Source: Geopsychrobacteraceae bacterium
Lineage (GTDB): Bacteria > Desulfobacterota > Desulfuromonadia > Desulfuromonadales > Geopsychrobacteraceae
Direction: 5' to 3'
Assembly (NCBI GenBank): GCA_963676795.2
Contig: CAXXTB010000002.1
Coordinates: 1,888,001 to 1,952,000 of the forward strand
DNA length: 64,000 nucleotides
The position numbers were made by a program, and so were the translations under genes. Within the stretch, counting starts at the first letter, position 1; every line of letters begins with the position of its first letter. Below the pieces are notes generated by a model that did no database searches, was not told the DNA's origin, and saw only the letters and a list, made by a program, of their open reading frames with translations. Of the stretch, positions 40,762 through 50,417 are shown one piece after another.

Positions 40762-41607
40762 CTACGCACGTCTTTTGGCGCTGGTCAGCGTATTGTAAAG
40801 CAACATGGTGATGGTCATCGGCCCAACGCCACCCGGCACTGGCGTTATGGCCGAAGCCCTTTCACAGGCTGCGGCAAACTCGACATCACCGACCAGTTTT
40901 TTCTCTGCGACACGATTGACACCGACATCGATAACAACCGCCCCTTCCTTGATCCACTCCCCCTTGATCATTTCAGGTCGGCCGACAGCTGCGATGACAA
41001 CATCAGCCGCTCTAACCTTATGGACCAGATCGAGAGTCCGGGAATGACAGATCGTCACGGTTGCGTCCTGGGCCAGGCACATCAGCGCGACCGGCTTGCC
41101 GACGATATTGGAACGACCGACAACGACCACCTCTTTGCCACGCAGATCGACACCGCTGCGCTCCAGCAATTTCATGACCCCGTAGGGGGTGCAGGGCTGA
41201 AACAACGGCTTGCCGACGGCCAGACGGCCGACATTATAGGGATGAAAGGCATCGACGTCTTTTTCAGGAGAGATGGCTTCAAGAATTTTCGCTTCGTCAA
41301 TATGTTCAGGCAGTGGCAACTGGACAAGAATACCGTCGATCCGCACATCCTGATTGAGCGAGGAGATCAGATCGAGCAGCTCCGCTTCACGGGTTGAAGC
41401 CGGCAATTTGTATTCGGCGGAAAAAATGCCCGCCGCCGCACAGGCCTTCTCTTTCATCGAGACATAAACCCTGCTCGCCGGGTCCTCCCCCACCAGAACG
41501 ACCGCCAGCCCCGGGGTTACGCCCTTTTCGATCAAGGCCTGTGTTTCTGCCGCAATTTCCTGACGCATTTCTGCGGCTATCGCCTTGCCATCAATAATAT
41601 CTGCCAC
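40762..41607 (-). CDS. folD: Bifunctional methylene-THF dehydrogenase/cyclohydrolase
   Basis: [38 protein letters not shown]. Confidence 0.98.
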   Translation of the reverse strand: MADIIDGKAIAAEMRQEIAAETQALIEKGVTPGLAVVLVGEDPASRVYVSMKEKACAAAGIFSAEYKLPASTREAELLDLISSLNQDVRIDGILVQLPLPEHIDEAKILEAISPEKDVDAFHPYNVGRLAVGKPLFQPCTPYGVMKLLERSGVDLRGKEVVVVGRSNIVGKPVALMCLAQDATVTICHSRTLDLVHKVRAADVVIAAVGRPEMIKGEWIKEGAVVIDVGVNRVAEKKLVGDVEFAAACERASAITPVPGGVGPMTITMLLYNTLTSAKRRA

Positions 41608-41698
41608 TTAATACCTCCAAAACACTCAAGTTGCATCGGCACCCGATCCACACAAAACCGCTCAAAATCAAACAGAGTTACAGATCAGACACATGCCT

Positions 41699-41727
41699 GT
41701 TATATAGGGGCTCGAAATGTATTTCAA
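41699..41727 (-). promoter_or_regulatory. sigma70 promoter of the folD-metVF-gcv cluster
   Basis: Minus strand TTGAAA-N17-TATAAC. Confidence 0.6.
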
Positions 41728-41749
41728 CCTGCTTTTATTGGCCCCGGGC

Positions 41750-41782
41750 AAAAAAAAACCTGCCATCAAATGACGGCAGGTT
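41750..41782 (-). terminator. Terminator after the FmdB-family gene
   Basis: AACCTGCCGTCA / TGATGGCAGGTT stem followed by a T tract on the minus strand. Confidence 0.75.
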
Positions 41783-41806
41783 GCGATTTTTTCTAACTCT
41801 GAAAAA

Positions 41807-42055
41807 TCAGCCGTTGGCTGCCTTAGGGCAGCCCGAACAAGCCTCGCTGCCTGAAGACGCCGCAGAGCATGACGCCTTTCCGGTGTAGCCCTGATCATAC
41901 CAGCCACCACCTTTCAAGGCAAAACCGGTCTGGGAGATCATTTTCTTCACCTCGCCACCGCACTCTTTACAGGTTTCGAGCGGGGCATCTGAAAACTTCT
42001 GTCTGACTTCCATGATCAGGCCGCAGGCCTGACACTGATATTCGTACAAAGGCAT
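41807..42055 (-). CDS. FmdB-family zinc ribbon protein
   Basis: MPLYEYQCQACG...CKECGG...FALKGGGWY. Confidence 0.92.
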   Translation of the reverse strand: MPLYEYQCQACGLIMEVRQKFSDAPLETCKECGGEVKKMISQTGFALKGGGWYDQGYTGKASCSAASSGSEACSGCPKAANG

Positions 42056-42120
42056 AATTTAGGTTCCTCCTGTGCTTTTTTCCACAACCTGTCGGATTCT
42101 ATGAGAAGACAATCCCAGTG

Positions 42121-42456
42121 TCAAGATGCAACGATATGACTTTCGAGCAGTTCTGCCGCTGCAGCGAGAGCGACCCCGGCGAGCAGAACTCGCTTATGTC
42201 TTGACTTGTCTCCGCTGACAATAACCACATCGCGCTTGGGCAGAGAAAACAGTTTGGCCAGAAACTCACAGCAGCATTTGTTGGCAGCACCATCGACCGG
42301 CGGGGAGGTCAGCTTGACCTTGAGATCATCGCCCTGAATGCCGGCAATCTGGTTACGACTGGAACGAGGCTGAACATGAAGGGAGATAACAACCCCTTCG
42401 GCTGTCATCTGCAGAAACGGCAGATCAGGGGAGCTTGATCGATTCACTGATTTCAT
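42121..42456 (-). CDS. DUF167 (YggU) family protein
   Basis: VQPRSSRN, LTSPPVDGAAN, GDKSRHK; true start probably further downstream. Confidence 0.88.
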   Translation of the reverse strand: MKSVNRSSSPDLPFLQMTAEGVVISLHVQPRSSRNQIAGIQGDDLKVKLTSPPVDGAANKCCCEFLAKLFSLPKRDVVIVSGDKSRHKRVLLAGVALAAAAELLESHIVAS

Positions 42457-42955
42457 CTTCGGAAACAGAGCCGAGCAGCTGACTCTGCCGCTCCTTTTTC
42501 TCTTCCAGCAATACCTGGTCCATCTCCAGCAACTTCAAATGGCTACCGACAAGACTGCGCAGACCATTTTCAAAGGAGATCTTCTGGCGTCTGAGATCCT
42601 GCAGTTCATCAAGCAGCATCAACCGCTTGTCCTCCGCGCTGCGAATGATCCGTTCACCTTCGATATGCGCCTCAGCCATCATGATCTCAGCCTCTTTCCG
42701 CGCGTTCTCCTTCAGCTCTTCAGTGACCAGCTGAGCGGCAAGAAGGGTCTGCTGAAGAGCAGTTTCACGCTCACGCAGTTGCTCCAACGAGGAGTTTGCC
42801 CGAGCCAGCTTTTCCTTGAGTTCGTTATTGTGACTCAGCAGGCGCTCAAGCTCATCGGCAAGCAGTTCAAGAAACTGATCGACAGCTGCCGTATCATAAC
42901 CAAACATCCGGGTCTTGAACTGCTGCTGCTGAATCTCTATCGGAGTGATGCGCAT
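42425..42955 (-). CDS. DivIVA domain protein
   Basis: MRITPIEIQQQQFKTRMFGYDTAAVDQFL plus coiled coil. Confidence 0.92.
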   Translation of the reverse strand: MRITPIEIQQQQFKTRMFGYDTAAVDQFLELLADELERLLSHNNELKEKLARANSSLEQLRERETALQQTLLAAQLVTEELKENARKEAEIMMAEAHIEGERIIRSAEDKRLMLLDELQDLRRQKISFENGLRSLVGSHLKLLEMDQVLLEEKKERQSQLLGSVSEDEISESIKLP

Positions 42956-42971
42956 AGCTTAACAGCTCCCG

Positions 42972-43256
42972 TCAATAGGCAAGGCTACGCAGACCAGCCA
43001 TGAGCAACTGTTGCAGCACAGAGATAATAACCAGCAGTGCGATTGGCGAGAGATCAAAGGCGCCGAGCTGAAGAAAAGGCAGGTAGCGCCTCAATCTGTA
43101 CAGCACAGGGTCGGTGACATTATGCAGGAATCGAACAATCGGGTTATAAGGGTCTGGATTAACCCATGAGACAATAGCTCTTGCCACAACGATCCACATA
43201 TAGATAGTCAGGACCAGATTGACAATATTAGCAATGGCATTGATCAGAACGTTCAT
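42972..43256 (-). CDS. yggT: YggT family membrane protein
   Basis: RAIVSWVNPDPYNPIVRFL, FDLSPI. Confidence 0.92.
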   Translation of the reverse strand: MNVLINAIANIVNLVLTIYMWIVVARAIVSWVNPDPYNPIVRFLHNVTDPVLYRLRRYLPFLQLGAFDLSPIALLVIISVLQQLLMAGLRSLAY

Positions 43257-43454
43257 AAACCAACCCTTCCACAATATTTCAAGAATCGACATTCGCTCAA
43301 CGAATGCTCGTAAATTGCTGTTACTATAACGGAATCAGCATTAGAGTCAAACGATTCCGCCAAATAGCGGGCTAGCCCTTTGACTTGACATCCTAAAATC
43401 GGTACATTTCCCTGATCTGCATTTATAACACTTTTTTAGAGAGAGTTTAGCCAT

Positions 43455-44504
43455 ATGGTCCAGACAAACAATCTGAACGTCACCCAGGTCAGCCCGATCA
43501 TTGCTCCATTCAACCTGAAACAGGTCTTTCCACTGTCTGAAGCAGGAGCAAGCTTTGTCAACAGCAGCCGCAATACGATCAAGGACATCCTTCACGGTCG
43601 GGACAAACGCCTGATGGCGGTTATCGGCCCCTGCTCTATTCATGACGCAGATGCGGCCCTGGAATATGCCCGTAGACTGTCCAGACTGGCTGAAGAGGTC
43701 AAAGAACAGATGTTCATCATCATGCGTGTCTACTTTGAAAAGCCACGCACGACGGTCGGCTGGAAAGGGCTGATCAACGACCCGGACCTTGACGGCAGCC
43801 ACAGGATTTCGAAGGGACTCGGCATTGCCCGCCGCCTGTTCTGCGAGATCACCGAGCTCAAGCTGCCAATTGCCAGCGAAATGCTCGATCCGATCACTCC
43901 GCAGTACCTGTCAGACATTATCAGCTGGGGTGCGATCGGCGCCCGCACCACCGAATCACAGACCCACCGCGAGATGTCGAGCGGCCTCTCCTTTCCGGTC
44001 GGCTTCAAAAACGGTACGGACGGCAGCCTCCAGGTGGCCATCGACGCCATCTCGGCCGCTTCCCGCCCGCACAATTTCCTCGGCATCAATTACGAAGGGC
44101 GCTCATCGATTGTCCAGACCACCGGCAACCCGGATGTCCATATCGTTCTGCGCGGCGGCAATGACGGGCCAAACTACAGCCCGGAAGACATTCAGAAAAC
44201 AGCCGAGCTGCTGGAGAAGAACAATGTCTCCCAGTCGATCATGGTCGACTGCAGTCACGCCAACTCCTACAAGGACCACAACCGCCAGAGTGAGGTGCTG
44301 GACAGCGTCGTTACCCAGCTGATTGAAAAACCCGGTTCGATCGCCGGCATTATGGTGGAAAGCAACCTCGAGGAAGGAAGCCAGAAGATTCCCGACGATC
44401 TGAGCCAACTGAAGTATGGCGTATCGGTCACCGACAAATGTATCGACTGGAAGACCACCGAAACGATCATCCGCAACGCCTGCCAGAAACTGGCTACCCG
44501 CTAA
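43455..44504 (+). CDS. 3-deoxy-7-phosphoheptulonate (DAHP) synthase, class I alpha (AroF/G/H type)
   Basis: IGPCSIHD, MRVYFEKPRTTVGWKG, IGARTTESQTHRE, DCSHANS. Confidence 0.97.
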   Translation: MVQTNNLNVTQVSPIIAPFNLKQVFPLSEAGASFVNSSRNTIKDILHGRDKRLMAVIGPCSIHDADAALEYARRLSRLAEEVKEQMFIIMRVYFEKPRTTVGWKGLINDPDLDGSHRISKGLGIARRLFCEITELKLPIASEMLDPITPQYLSDIISWGAIGARTTESQTHREMSSGLSFPVGFKNGTDGSLQVAIDAISAASRPHNFLGINYEGRSSIVQTTGNPDVHIVLRGGNDGPNYSPEDIQKTAELLEKNNVSQSIMVDCSHANSYKDHNRQSEVLDSVVTQLIEKPGSIAGIMVESNLEEGSQKIPDDLSQLKYGVSVTDKCIDWKTTETIIRNACQKLATR

Positions 44505-45157
44505 GGAGCTGACAGCAGACGAATATCGTCGTACCAGGCCTGAGCATGTTCGCCGGTGTTATCGGTATCGGTCATGATAGCGATAGCACCGGCCAGGGGC
44601 GGATCCTCCCCGAACAACCGCCGATAGTCCTCCACCAGATTGCGTTCCTCGAGAATCCACTCCCCGGCCCGTTGATTCCCTGACTCGACGGCCAGCATCA
44701 TGGCTCTGGAAAAATAGCTATTCGGCAACGCCTCCCCTTTTGGCAAGCGATTGGCCCAGATATAATTGATCGTACGGGTCAGCGGCTTGATCCAGTGCGG
44801 GAAGATGACATAGATCCTGGCGGCGTAGTCATCCCCCTCCTTCGTCCTGGCATCGCCAGAGGCCAGCACCGCTTCGATCTTCCAACGCCACTGCAGGCGG
44901 GGATATTGGTTGGGATCAAACTCCAGCTGCTTGATCAGACCTGAGGCAGCTGCGGAGCTCGTCGCATGCAGAACCTTGGAAGAGCCATCGGAAACGAGCT
45001 CATATTGAGTCCGCCCGACAAAGGTCTGGACCTGCCAGAGACCCAAGTCTCCCTCGAAATCATCGACGAGCAGGGACTCCTGCGCAGCAAAAACCGAAGA
45101 GCAGAACAACACCGCAGCCATCAGCAGCGTCAGTCCCGTTCCAGACAAGCTCTTCAT
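44501..45157 (-). CDS. DUF3047 family exported protein
   Basis: LQWRWK, GDDYAARIYV, INYIWAN, IAIMTDTDNT. Confidence 0.88.
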   Translation of the reverse strand: MKSLSGTGLTLLMAAVLFCSSVFAAQESLLVDDFEGDLGLWQVQTFVGRTQYELVSDGSSKVLHATSSAAASGLIKQLEFDPNQYPRLQWRWKIEAVLASGDARTKEGDDYAARIYVIFPHWIKPLTRTINYIWANRLPKGEALPNSYFSRAMMLAVESGNQRAGEWILEERNLVEDYRRLFGEDPPLAGAIAIMTDTDNTGEHAQAWYDDIRLLSAP

Positions 45158-45158
45158 C

Positions 45159-45458
45159 CTAGTGAACCGGCTTGTCCTGGTCCTCTGCGCTTTCATTCTG
45201 AGTCAGCGGACCGAATTTCTTTTCATAGGCATCGACGTTCTGGGCCAGAACATGCAGCAGGCGCTTGGCGTGCTTGGGAGACATGATCAAGCGAGAGGTA
45301 ACCCGGGCCTTGGGGGCCTGAGGCTGGACGAAAAGGCAGTCGACGACAAATTCACCTTCGTTGTGATTGACAATCGACAGGTTGACATACTGTCCGCAGG
45401 CAACCTGCTCATCAACCTGGATTTCGAGTTTGATATCCTTCTTTTCGTTTTTATCCAT
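45159..45458 (-). CDS. DUF3467 family protein
   Basis: GQYVN...EFVVD...SRLIMSPKHAKRL...YEKKFG. Confidence 0.88.
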   Translation of the reverse strand: MDKNEKKDIKLEIQVDEQVACGQYVNLSIVNHNEGEFVVDCLFVQPQAPKARVTSRLIMSPKHAKRLLHVLAQNVDAYEKKFGPLTQNESAEDQDKPVH

Positions 45459-45467
45459 GGACAGCTC

Positions 45468-45788
45468 CTAGAGGTCATTCAACAGGCGATAGATCAGCTG
45501 CTCGAGTTCCCAGACGATTTCACCTGCCTTTTCCTGTTCCGCATTGATCAACTGCACCCTGGCCCGATCCAGCTGACCATGAGCCCGTAGCAGCACCGGT
45601 GACAGCTTGCTTTCCAGCTGGTACTGGGGAATCTCACCAACCATTTCAAGGAATTCGTTGAGTTCTTCCGCTGCCTGATCGACCAGCCGCAGGCACATTG
45701 ACGATGCCTCCGGAACTAACGAGTAGAGCCGATCGGCGTCCTGTTCGATCTGATCGTGAATCTGTCTGTAACGTTCGCTGATTGTCAT
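45468..45788 (-). CDS. Hypothetical helical protein
   Basis: 106 aa ORF with AGG-containing RBS, co-oriented with downstream genes. Confidence 0.75.
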   Translation of the reverse strand: MTISERYRQIHDQIEQDADRLYSLVPEASSMCLRLVDQAAEELNEFLEMVGEIPQYQLESKLSPVLLRAHGQLDRARVQLINAEQEKAGEIVWELEQLIYRLLNDL

Positions 45789-45885
45789 CCCTGATCCTAC
45801 CTTTCGCTATAAGTATATCGCGGCGCATCCTACGCGAAACAACGACCAAAGATCAATCTCATAGAACATTTTTCCCCGATTAACA

Positions 45886-45914
45886 TTGACTTCCTTTCTT
45901 ACCGGAGCTAGATT
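45886..45914 (+). promoter_or_regulatory. sigma70 promoter of the thi operon
   Basis: TTGACT-N17-TAGATT immediately upstream of the riboswitch. Confidence 0.65.
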
Positions 45915-45928
45915 TCCGCACACAGTAT

Positions 45929-46018
45929 ACCGCTAGGGGTGTCTTTGTTACTGAGAGTTCCAGAATCCGGAACAACCCTTAGAACCTGATCCGGGTGATA
46001 CCGGCGGAGGGAAGCGGC
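45929..46018 (+). promoter_or_regulatory. TPP riboswitch aptamer
   Basis: AGGGGTG...CTGAGA...ACCCTTAGAACCTGATCCGGGTGATACCGGCGGAGGGA consensus; upstream of thi genes. Confidence 0.96.
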
Positions 46019-46055
46019 CTTGAATAGATTCTTTTCATGCTTTATCTATTTACGG

Positions 46056-46092
46056 TAGCCGCATTCCCCCAAGAGTGCGGCTATTTTTATTT
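46056..46092 (+). terminator. Riboswitch expression-platform terminator
   Basis: TAGCCGCATT / AGTGCGGCTA stem plus TTTTTATTT before the thiF start. Confidence 0.8.
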
Positions 46093-46104
46093 CAAGACGA
46101 AGAC

Positions 46105-46938
46105 ATGAAAATCTACCTTAACGAAAAACCGGCTGAAATCGACGCTGGAATGACCCTGGCAGAGCTTGTTGCCAGCATGAAACCTGATGCCGACGTACGG
46201 ATCATCAACGGTCATCCTGTTGCCGCCCCAGATATCCTGCTGCAGCAGGATGACCGAGTGACCCTGATCAAACGAGGCGAGATTCCCTCCTTCGAAGACC
46301 TTGAATTTCTCCTGACCACACGCCACACACCACTGATCCATCAGCAACTGAAAACCAAGCATGTTGGTATCGCCGGCGTCGGCGGCCTGGGGTCCCAGGT
46401 TGCTATCGCCCTGGCACGCAGCGGTATCGGCAGCCTGACACTCGTCGATTTTGATGTTGTCGAGCCGTCCAATCTCAACCGCCAGCAATATTTTATCGAT
46501 CAGATCGGGCTGCCCAAGGTTAGCGCGCTGGCAGAGAACCTCAGACGCATCAACCCTTACGTCAAGGTTACCGCGCACTGCGAAAAAGTCAGCGAAATGA
46601 ATCTCTGTCAGCTGTTCGGCACTGTCGACCTCCTTGTCGAAGCTTTCGACGATGCCGGACAAAAAGCACAGCTCTGCCGAAGCTTCCTGCAGCATTTTCC
46701 CGACCGTTATCTGGTTGCAGCATCAGGAATGGCCGGCTACGGCACGGCCAACAGGATTGCGACCAAACGTATCAACCGGCGCTTTTATCTGTGCGGCGAT
46801 GATACCAGCGCAGCCCGCCCCGGGCATGGTCTGATGGCCCCGCGAGTCGGCGTCGTCGCCCACCATCAGGCGAATGCCGCCCTGCGCCTGCTCCTCAACC
46901 TCGAACCGGAGACAGACAACGATGATCCTGACAATTAA
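46105..46938 (+). CDS. thiF: ThiS adenylyltransferase ThiF with N-terminal ubiquitin-like domain
   Basis: VGIAGVGGLGS, DFDVVEPSNLNRQ, EAFD; N-terminal MKIYLNE...INGHP. Confidence 0.92.
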   Translation: MKIYLNEKPAEIDAGMTLAELVASMKPDADVRIINGHPVAAPDILLQQDDRVTLIKRGEIPSFEDLEFLLTTRHTPLIHQQLKTKHVGIAGVGGLGSQVAIALARSGIGSLTLVDFDVVEPSNLNRQQYFIDQIGLPKVSALAENLRRINPYVKVTAHCEKVSEMNLCQLFGTVDLLVEAFDDAGQKAQLCRSFLQHFPDRYLVAASGMAGYGTANRIATKRINRRFYLCGDDTSAARPGHGLMAPRVGVVAHHQANAALRLLLNLEPETDNDDPDN

Positions 46939-47122
46939 CGGACAAGCACGTGAAATCAACCAGGTCGGCACGCTGGCAGATCTGCTTGCGCAGCTGCAGC
47001 TCTCCCCCGAGCGGGTCGTCGTGGAACTCAACGGCGAGATCCTCTGCGCCGACCAACTCGGGGCAAACGCTTTATCGCCGGGCGACAAGATCGAACTGGT
47101 TCAGTTTGTCGGCGGCGGTTAA
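46922..47122 (+). CDS. thiS: Sulfur carrier protein ThiS
   Basis: VVVELNGEI...[14 protein letters not shown]-terminus. Confidence 0.95.
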   Translation: MILTINGQAREINQVGTLADLLAQLQLSPERVVVELNGEILCADQLGANALSPGDKIELVQFVGGG

Positions 47123-47151
47123 CTTCTCGATATCAAGGAAAGGCAGTTATT

Positions 47152-47922
47152 ATGGATAATCTAACTATCGCGGACAGAACATTCACGTCGCGCCTGATGG
47201 TCGGCACCGGCAAGTTCTCCTCCAATCGGGCCATGGTCGAAGCCATGGAGCATTCCGGTTGCGAGATCGTCACCGTAGCCCTGCGCCGGGTCGATATTGA
47301 CAACCCCGCAGACTCTCTGCTTTCACACATCGATCGCGAGCGCTATCTGCTGCTGCCCAACACCAGCGGCGCCCGCAATGCCGAAGAGGCGGTCAGGCTG
47401 GCACGGCTGGCGCGTGCGGCTGGCTGCGAACCCTGGGTCAAGCTGGAAGTCACCCCGGACCCCTATTACCTGCTCCCCGATCCGGTCGAAACCCTCAAAG
47501 CTGCCGAAATCCTCGTCAAGGAGGGATTTATCGTGCTCCCCTACATGCCGGCCGACCCGGTGCTGGCCAGGCATCTTGAAGAAGCAGGAACCGCAACCCT
47601 CATGCCGCTCGGCGCGCCGATCGGCACAAACCGGGGTTTAAGGACCAAAGACCTGGTCAGCATCATCATCGAACAGGCCAACATTCCGGTCGTCGTCGAT
47701 GCCGGACTAGGCGCCCCATCACATGCTGCAGAGGCCATGGAACTCGGCGCCGATGCGGTACTGGTCAACACTGCCCTGGCCGACACCCCATCACCGGCGG
47801 CCATGGCCAGAGCCTTCAGAAAAGGGGTCGAAGCGGGGCGTGAAGCCTATCTTGCCGGTCTTGGCCCGCAACGTGACAAAGCAGAAGCATCGAGCCCCCT
47901 GACCGGATTTTTAAGGAACTGA
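47152..47922 (+). CDS. thiG: Thiazole synthase
   Basis: [35 protein letters not shown]. Confidence 0.98.
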   Translation: MDNLTIADRTFTSRLMVGTGKFSSNRAMVEAMEHSGCEIVTVALRRVDIDNPADSLLSHIDRERYLLLPNTSGARNAEEAVRLARLARAAGCEPWVKLEVTPDPYYLLPDPVETLKAAEILVKEGFIVLPYMPADPVLARHLEEAGTATLMPLGAPIGTNRGLRTKDLVSIIIEQANIPVVVDAGLGAPSHAAEAMELGADAVLVNTALADTPSPAAMARAFRKGVEAGREAYLAGLGPQRDKAEASSPLTGFLRN

Positions 47923-47924
47923 TC

Positions 47925-49055
47925 ATGGACTTCTACCATCAACTCACAAGCTTTCCTCAGGCGGAGCTGAGCAAGAGGATCAGGTCAGCAAGTCCGGACC
48001 AGATCGACAAGGCCCTGAACAGGGAGAAAATCACCCTGGATGATTTTACAAGCCTGCTCTGCCCTGCCATCAGCGATACCCAGCTCGAAACGCTGGCGGT
48101 CAAGGCCCACCGCCTGACCCGCCAGCGCTTTGGCAATACGATCCTGATGTACGCCCCCCTCTACCTGTCGAACGAATGCCACAACGGTTGCAAGTACTGC
48201 GGATTCAATGCCGACAACCACCTGATGCGCAGGACCTTGACGCTTGAACAGATCGACAGAGAAGCCCGCATTCTTCTTCGGCAGGGATTCAGACACATGC
48301 TGTTGCTGACCGGTGAAGCGCCCGAAGTTGCCGGTATCGACTATCTTGAAGCGGCCGTCAAAACGGTCAAACAGCACTGTGGTTCGGTGGCCATTGAAGT
48401 TTTCCCGATGAATGCCGACGGCTACCGCAGTATGGTCAGCGCAGGCGTTGACGCCCTGACCCTCTATCAGGAAACCTACGATCCGGAACTCTACCAAGAA
48501 CTCCACCCCTACGGCCCCAAGAACGACTATCATTTCCGGCTCTCTGCCCCGGAAGCAGCCGGCGAAGCGGGCTTGAGAAAAATCGGCCTCGGCTCTCTGC
48601 TCGGACTTGGTGATTGCCTGACCGACGTCTTCTATACCGGCCTGCATGCGCGCTATCTTGCCCGCAAATACTGGCGCACACAGGTCAGTATTTCTTTCCC
48701 GCGGCTGCGCCCGGCTGAAGGCGGATTCCAGCCGAGAAGCATCGTCAGCGACCGCCAGCTGACCCAGTTTATCTGTGCCCTGCGCCTGCTCCTGCCCGAT
48801 GCCGGCCTGGTCCTGTCAACCCGCGAAAGCACGCAGCTACGCAACAACCTGCTGTCGCTGGGCATCACCCAGATGAGCGCCGGATCTTCGACCGCCCCTG
48901 GTGGCTACAGTGAAGAAGCGACAGATGCGGAACAGTTTGCTATCAACGATGAACGCACAGCCGCCGAACTCGCAAGCTTTCTTGCCGCACAAGGCTACGA
49001 TCCGGTCTGGAAGGATTGGGACAGCGCCTTTCTTGACAATAGGGCCCAGGCATGA
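47925..49055 (+). CDS. thiH: 2-iminoacetate synthase (radical SAM)
   Basis: YAPLYLSNECHNGCKYCGF, YQETY, SFPRLRP, MSAGSSTAPGGY, VWKDWD. Confidence 0.97.
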   Translation: MDFYHQLTSFPQAELSKRIRSASPDQIDKALNREKITLDDFTSLLCPAISDTQLETLAVKAHRLTRQRFGNTILMYAPLYLSNECHNGCKYCGFNADNHLMRRTLTLEQIDREARILLRQGFRHMLLLTGEAPEVAGIDYLEAAVKTVKQHCGSVAIEVFPMNADGYRSMVSAGVDALTLYQETYDPELYQELHPYGPKNDYHFRLSAPEAAGEAGLRKIGLGSLLGLGDCLTDVFYTGLHARYLARKYWRTQVSISFPRLRPAEGGFQPRSIVSDRQLTQFICALRLLLPDAGLVLSTRESTQLRNNLLSLGITQMSAGSSTAPGGYSEEATDAEQFAINDERTAAELASFLAAQGYDPVWKDWDSAFLDNRAQA

Positions 49056-49669
49056 ATTCATTACCGGCGATCTACCTGATCACTGACCGACATAACCATG
49101 CACCTGGCATGACCTTTCTGGAAACCGTTGAACTATTGCTCTGCAGCGGCCTGAGGCTCGTTCAGCTGCGCGAGAAAGATTTGAGCGCGGCTGATCTCTA
49201 CCCTCTGGCAGTGCGCTTCAGAGAGCTGACCCACAAATATTCAGCCAGACTGATCATCAATGACCGGATCGACATCGCCCTGGCCGTCGCTGCGGACGGG
49301 GTACAGCTTGGTGGCCATTCTCTCCCGGTTCAGGCCGCCAGAAATGTGTGTAAAGAAATGCTTATCGGCGTGTCAACGCATAGCCCGGGCGAGGTCAGCG
49401 CAGCCGCCGCTCAGGGCGCGGACTTCGTTACTTACGGACCCATCTTCGCCACTGAATCTAAAGCCAAACTGGGGAACCCCGTCGGCCCGTCAAGCCTGCA
49501 TCAGATAAGTACAGAAATTCCCGTCTACCCCCTTGGCGGCATCAGGCTCAGCAATATAGATCAGATTTGCGCGAACGGATATTCGAGAATGGCCGCAATA
49601 TCTGCCCTGCTCAAAGCAGAGAATCCCAAGCTGCTACTCGACAGCCTGCATCAGAAATTGCACAAATAA
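49052..49669 (+). CDS. thiE: Thiamine phosphate synthase
   Basis: YLITD, VQLREK, IINDRIDIA, GVSTHS, GPIFATESK. Confidence 0.85.
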   Translation: MNSLPAIYLITDRHNHAPGMTFLETVELLLCSGLRLVQLREKDLSAADLYPLAVRFRELTHKYSARLIINDRIDIALAVAADGVQLGGHSLPVQAARNVCKEMLIGVSTHSPGEVSAAAAQGADFVTYGPIFATESKAKLGNPVGPSSLHQISTEIPVYPLGGIRLSNIDQICANGYSRMAAISALLKAENPKLLLDSLHQKLHK

Positions 49670-49672
49670 CAA

Positions 49673-49698
49673 AGGGAAGCTCCCTGCAGAGCTTCCCT
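49673..49698. terminator. Hairpin between the convergent thi operon and tRNA cluster
   Basis: AGGGAAGCTC / GAGCTTCCCT stem. Confidence 0.65.
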
Positions 49699-49711
49699 CT
49701 ATTCTTTATAA

Positions 49712-49788
49712 TGGCGGGGCTGACGGGACTTGAACCCGCGACCTCCGGCGTGACAGGCCGGCGTTGTAACCGACTCTACTACAGCCCC
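49712..49788 (-). tRNA. tRNA-Asp (GTC)
   Basis: 77-nt cloverleaf, anticodon GTC, TTCAA T-loop, encoded CCA. Confidence 0.97.
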
Positions 49789-49793
49789 AATTT

Positions 49794-49869
49794 TGGTGGG
49801 CGAAGAGGGGCTCGAACCCCCGACATCCTGCTTGTAAGGCAGGCGCTCTCCCAGCTGAGCTATTCGCCC
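49794..49869 (-). tRNA. tRNA-Val (TAC)
   Basis: 76-nt cloverleaf, anticodon loop CTTACAA, encoded CCA. Confidence 0.97.
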
Positions 49870-49877
49870 TGAGAAAA

Positions 49878-49954
49878 TGGCGGGGCTGACGGGACTTGAA
49901 CCCGCGACCTCCGGCGTGACAGGCCGGCGTTGTAACCGACTCTACTACAGCCCC
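49878..49954 (-). tRNA. tRNA-Asp (GTC), identical second copy
   Basis: Sequence identical to 49712-49788. Confidence 0.97.
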
Positions 49955-50045
49955 GCAAAGAAAGAGGAAGTAGACCTTTTGGCCCTGAAATCAGGCCAGT
50001 GACCTACTTCCTAATTCGGTCTAGCTATGTCATTCTTTGTAACGA

Positions 50046-50318
50046 TTAGTTTACTGCGTCCTTCAAAGCCTTGCCAGCCTTGAATTTTGGAACTTTGGCG
50101 GCAGCGATGGTGATTTGCTCACCAGTCTGAGGATTTTTACCGGTACGTGCAGCGCGCTCACCGACACTGAAGGTACCAAAGCCAACGAGAGCCACTTTAT
50201 CACCGGCCTTCAAAGCTTCAGTTACAGCTTCGGTAAATGCCTTGAGTGCACCCTCTGCATCAGTTTTGCTCAGCCCCGCTTTTTCTGCCATTGCATTGAC
50301 AAGATCTGCTTTAGTCAC
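50046..50318 (-). CDS. hup: DNA-binding protein HU
   Basis: [38 protein letters not shown] start with GGAGG RBS. Confidence 0.97.
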   Translation of the reverse strand: MTKADLVNAMAEKAGLSKTDAEGALKAFTEAVTEALKAGDKVALVGFGTFSVGERAARTGKNPQTGEQITIAAAKVPKFKAGKALKDAVN

Positions 50319-50417
50319 AGCATACCTCCCGTTAAAGTTATTGTTAATTCATTCACAAGAAAACGCGATAAGATATATCAGCTTTGCAAAAAAACTGTCA
50401 AGCGCTTTTTCCCATAT

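Noticed and set aside
41608..41700. Possible ZTP or THF riboswitch upstream of folD
   Set aside because: No conserved motifs of either class found on the minus strand.
46105..46938. ThiF fused to a ubiquitin-like domain as a novel conjugation or defence system
   Set aside because: This fusion is a known ThiF form in anaerobes and sits in a TPP-controlled thiFSGHE operon.
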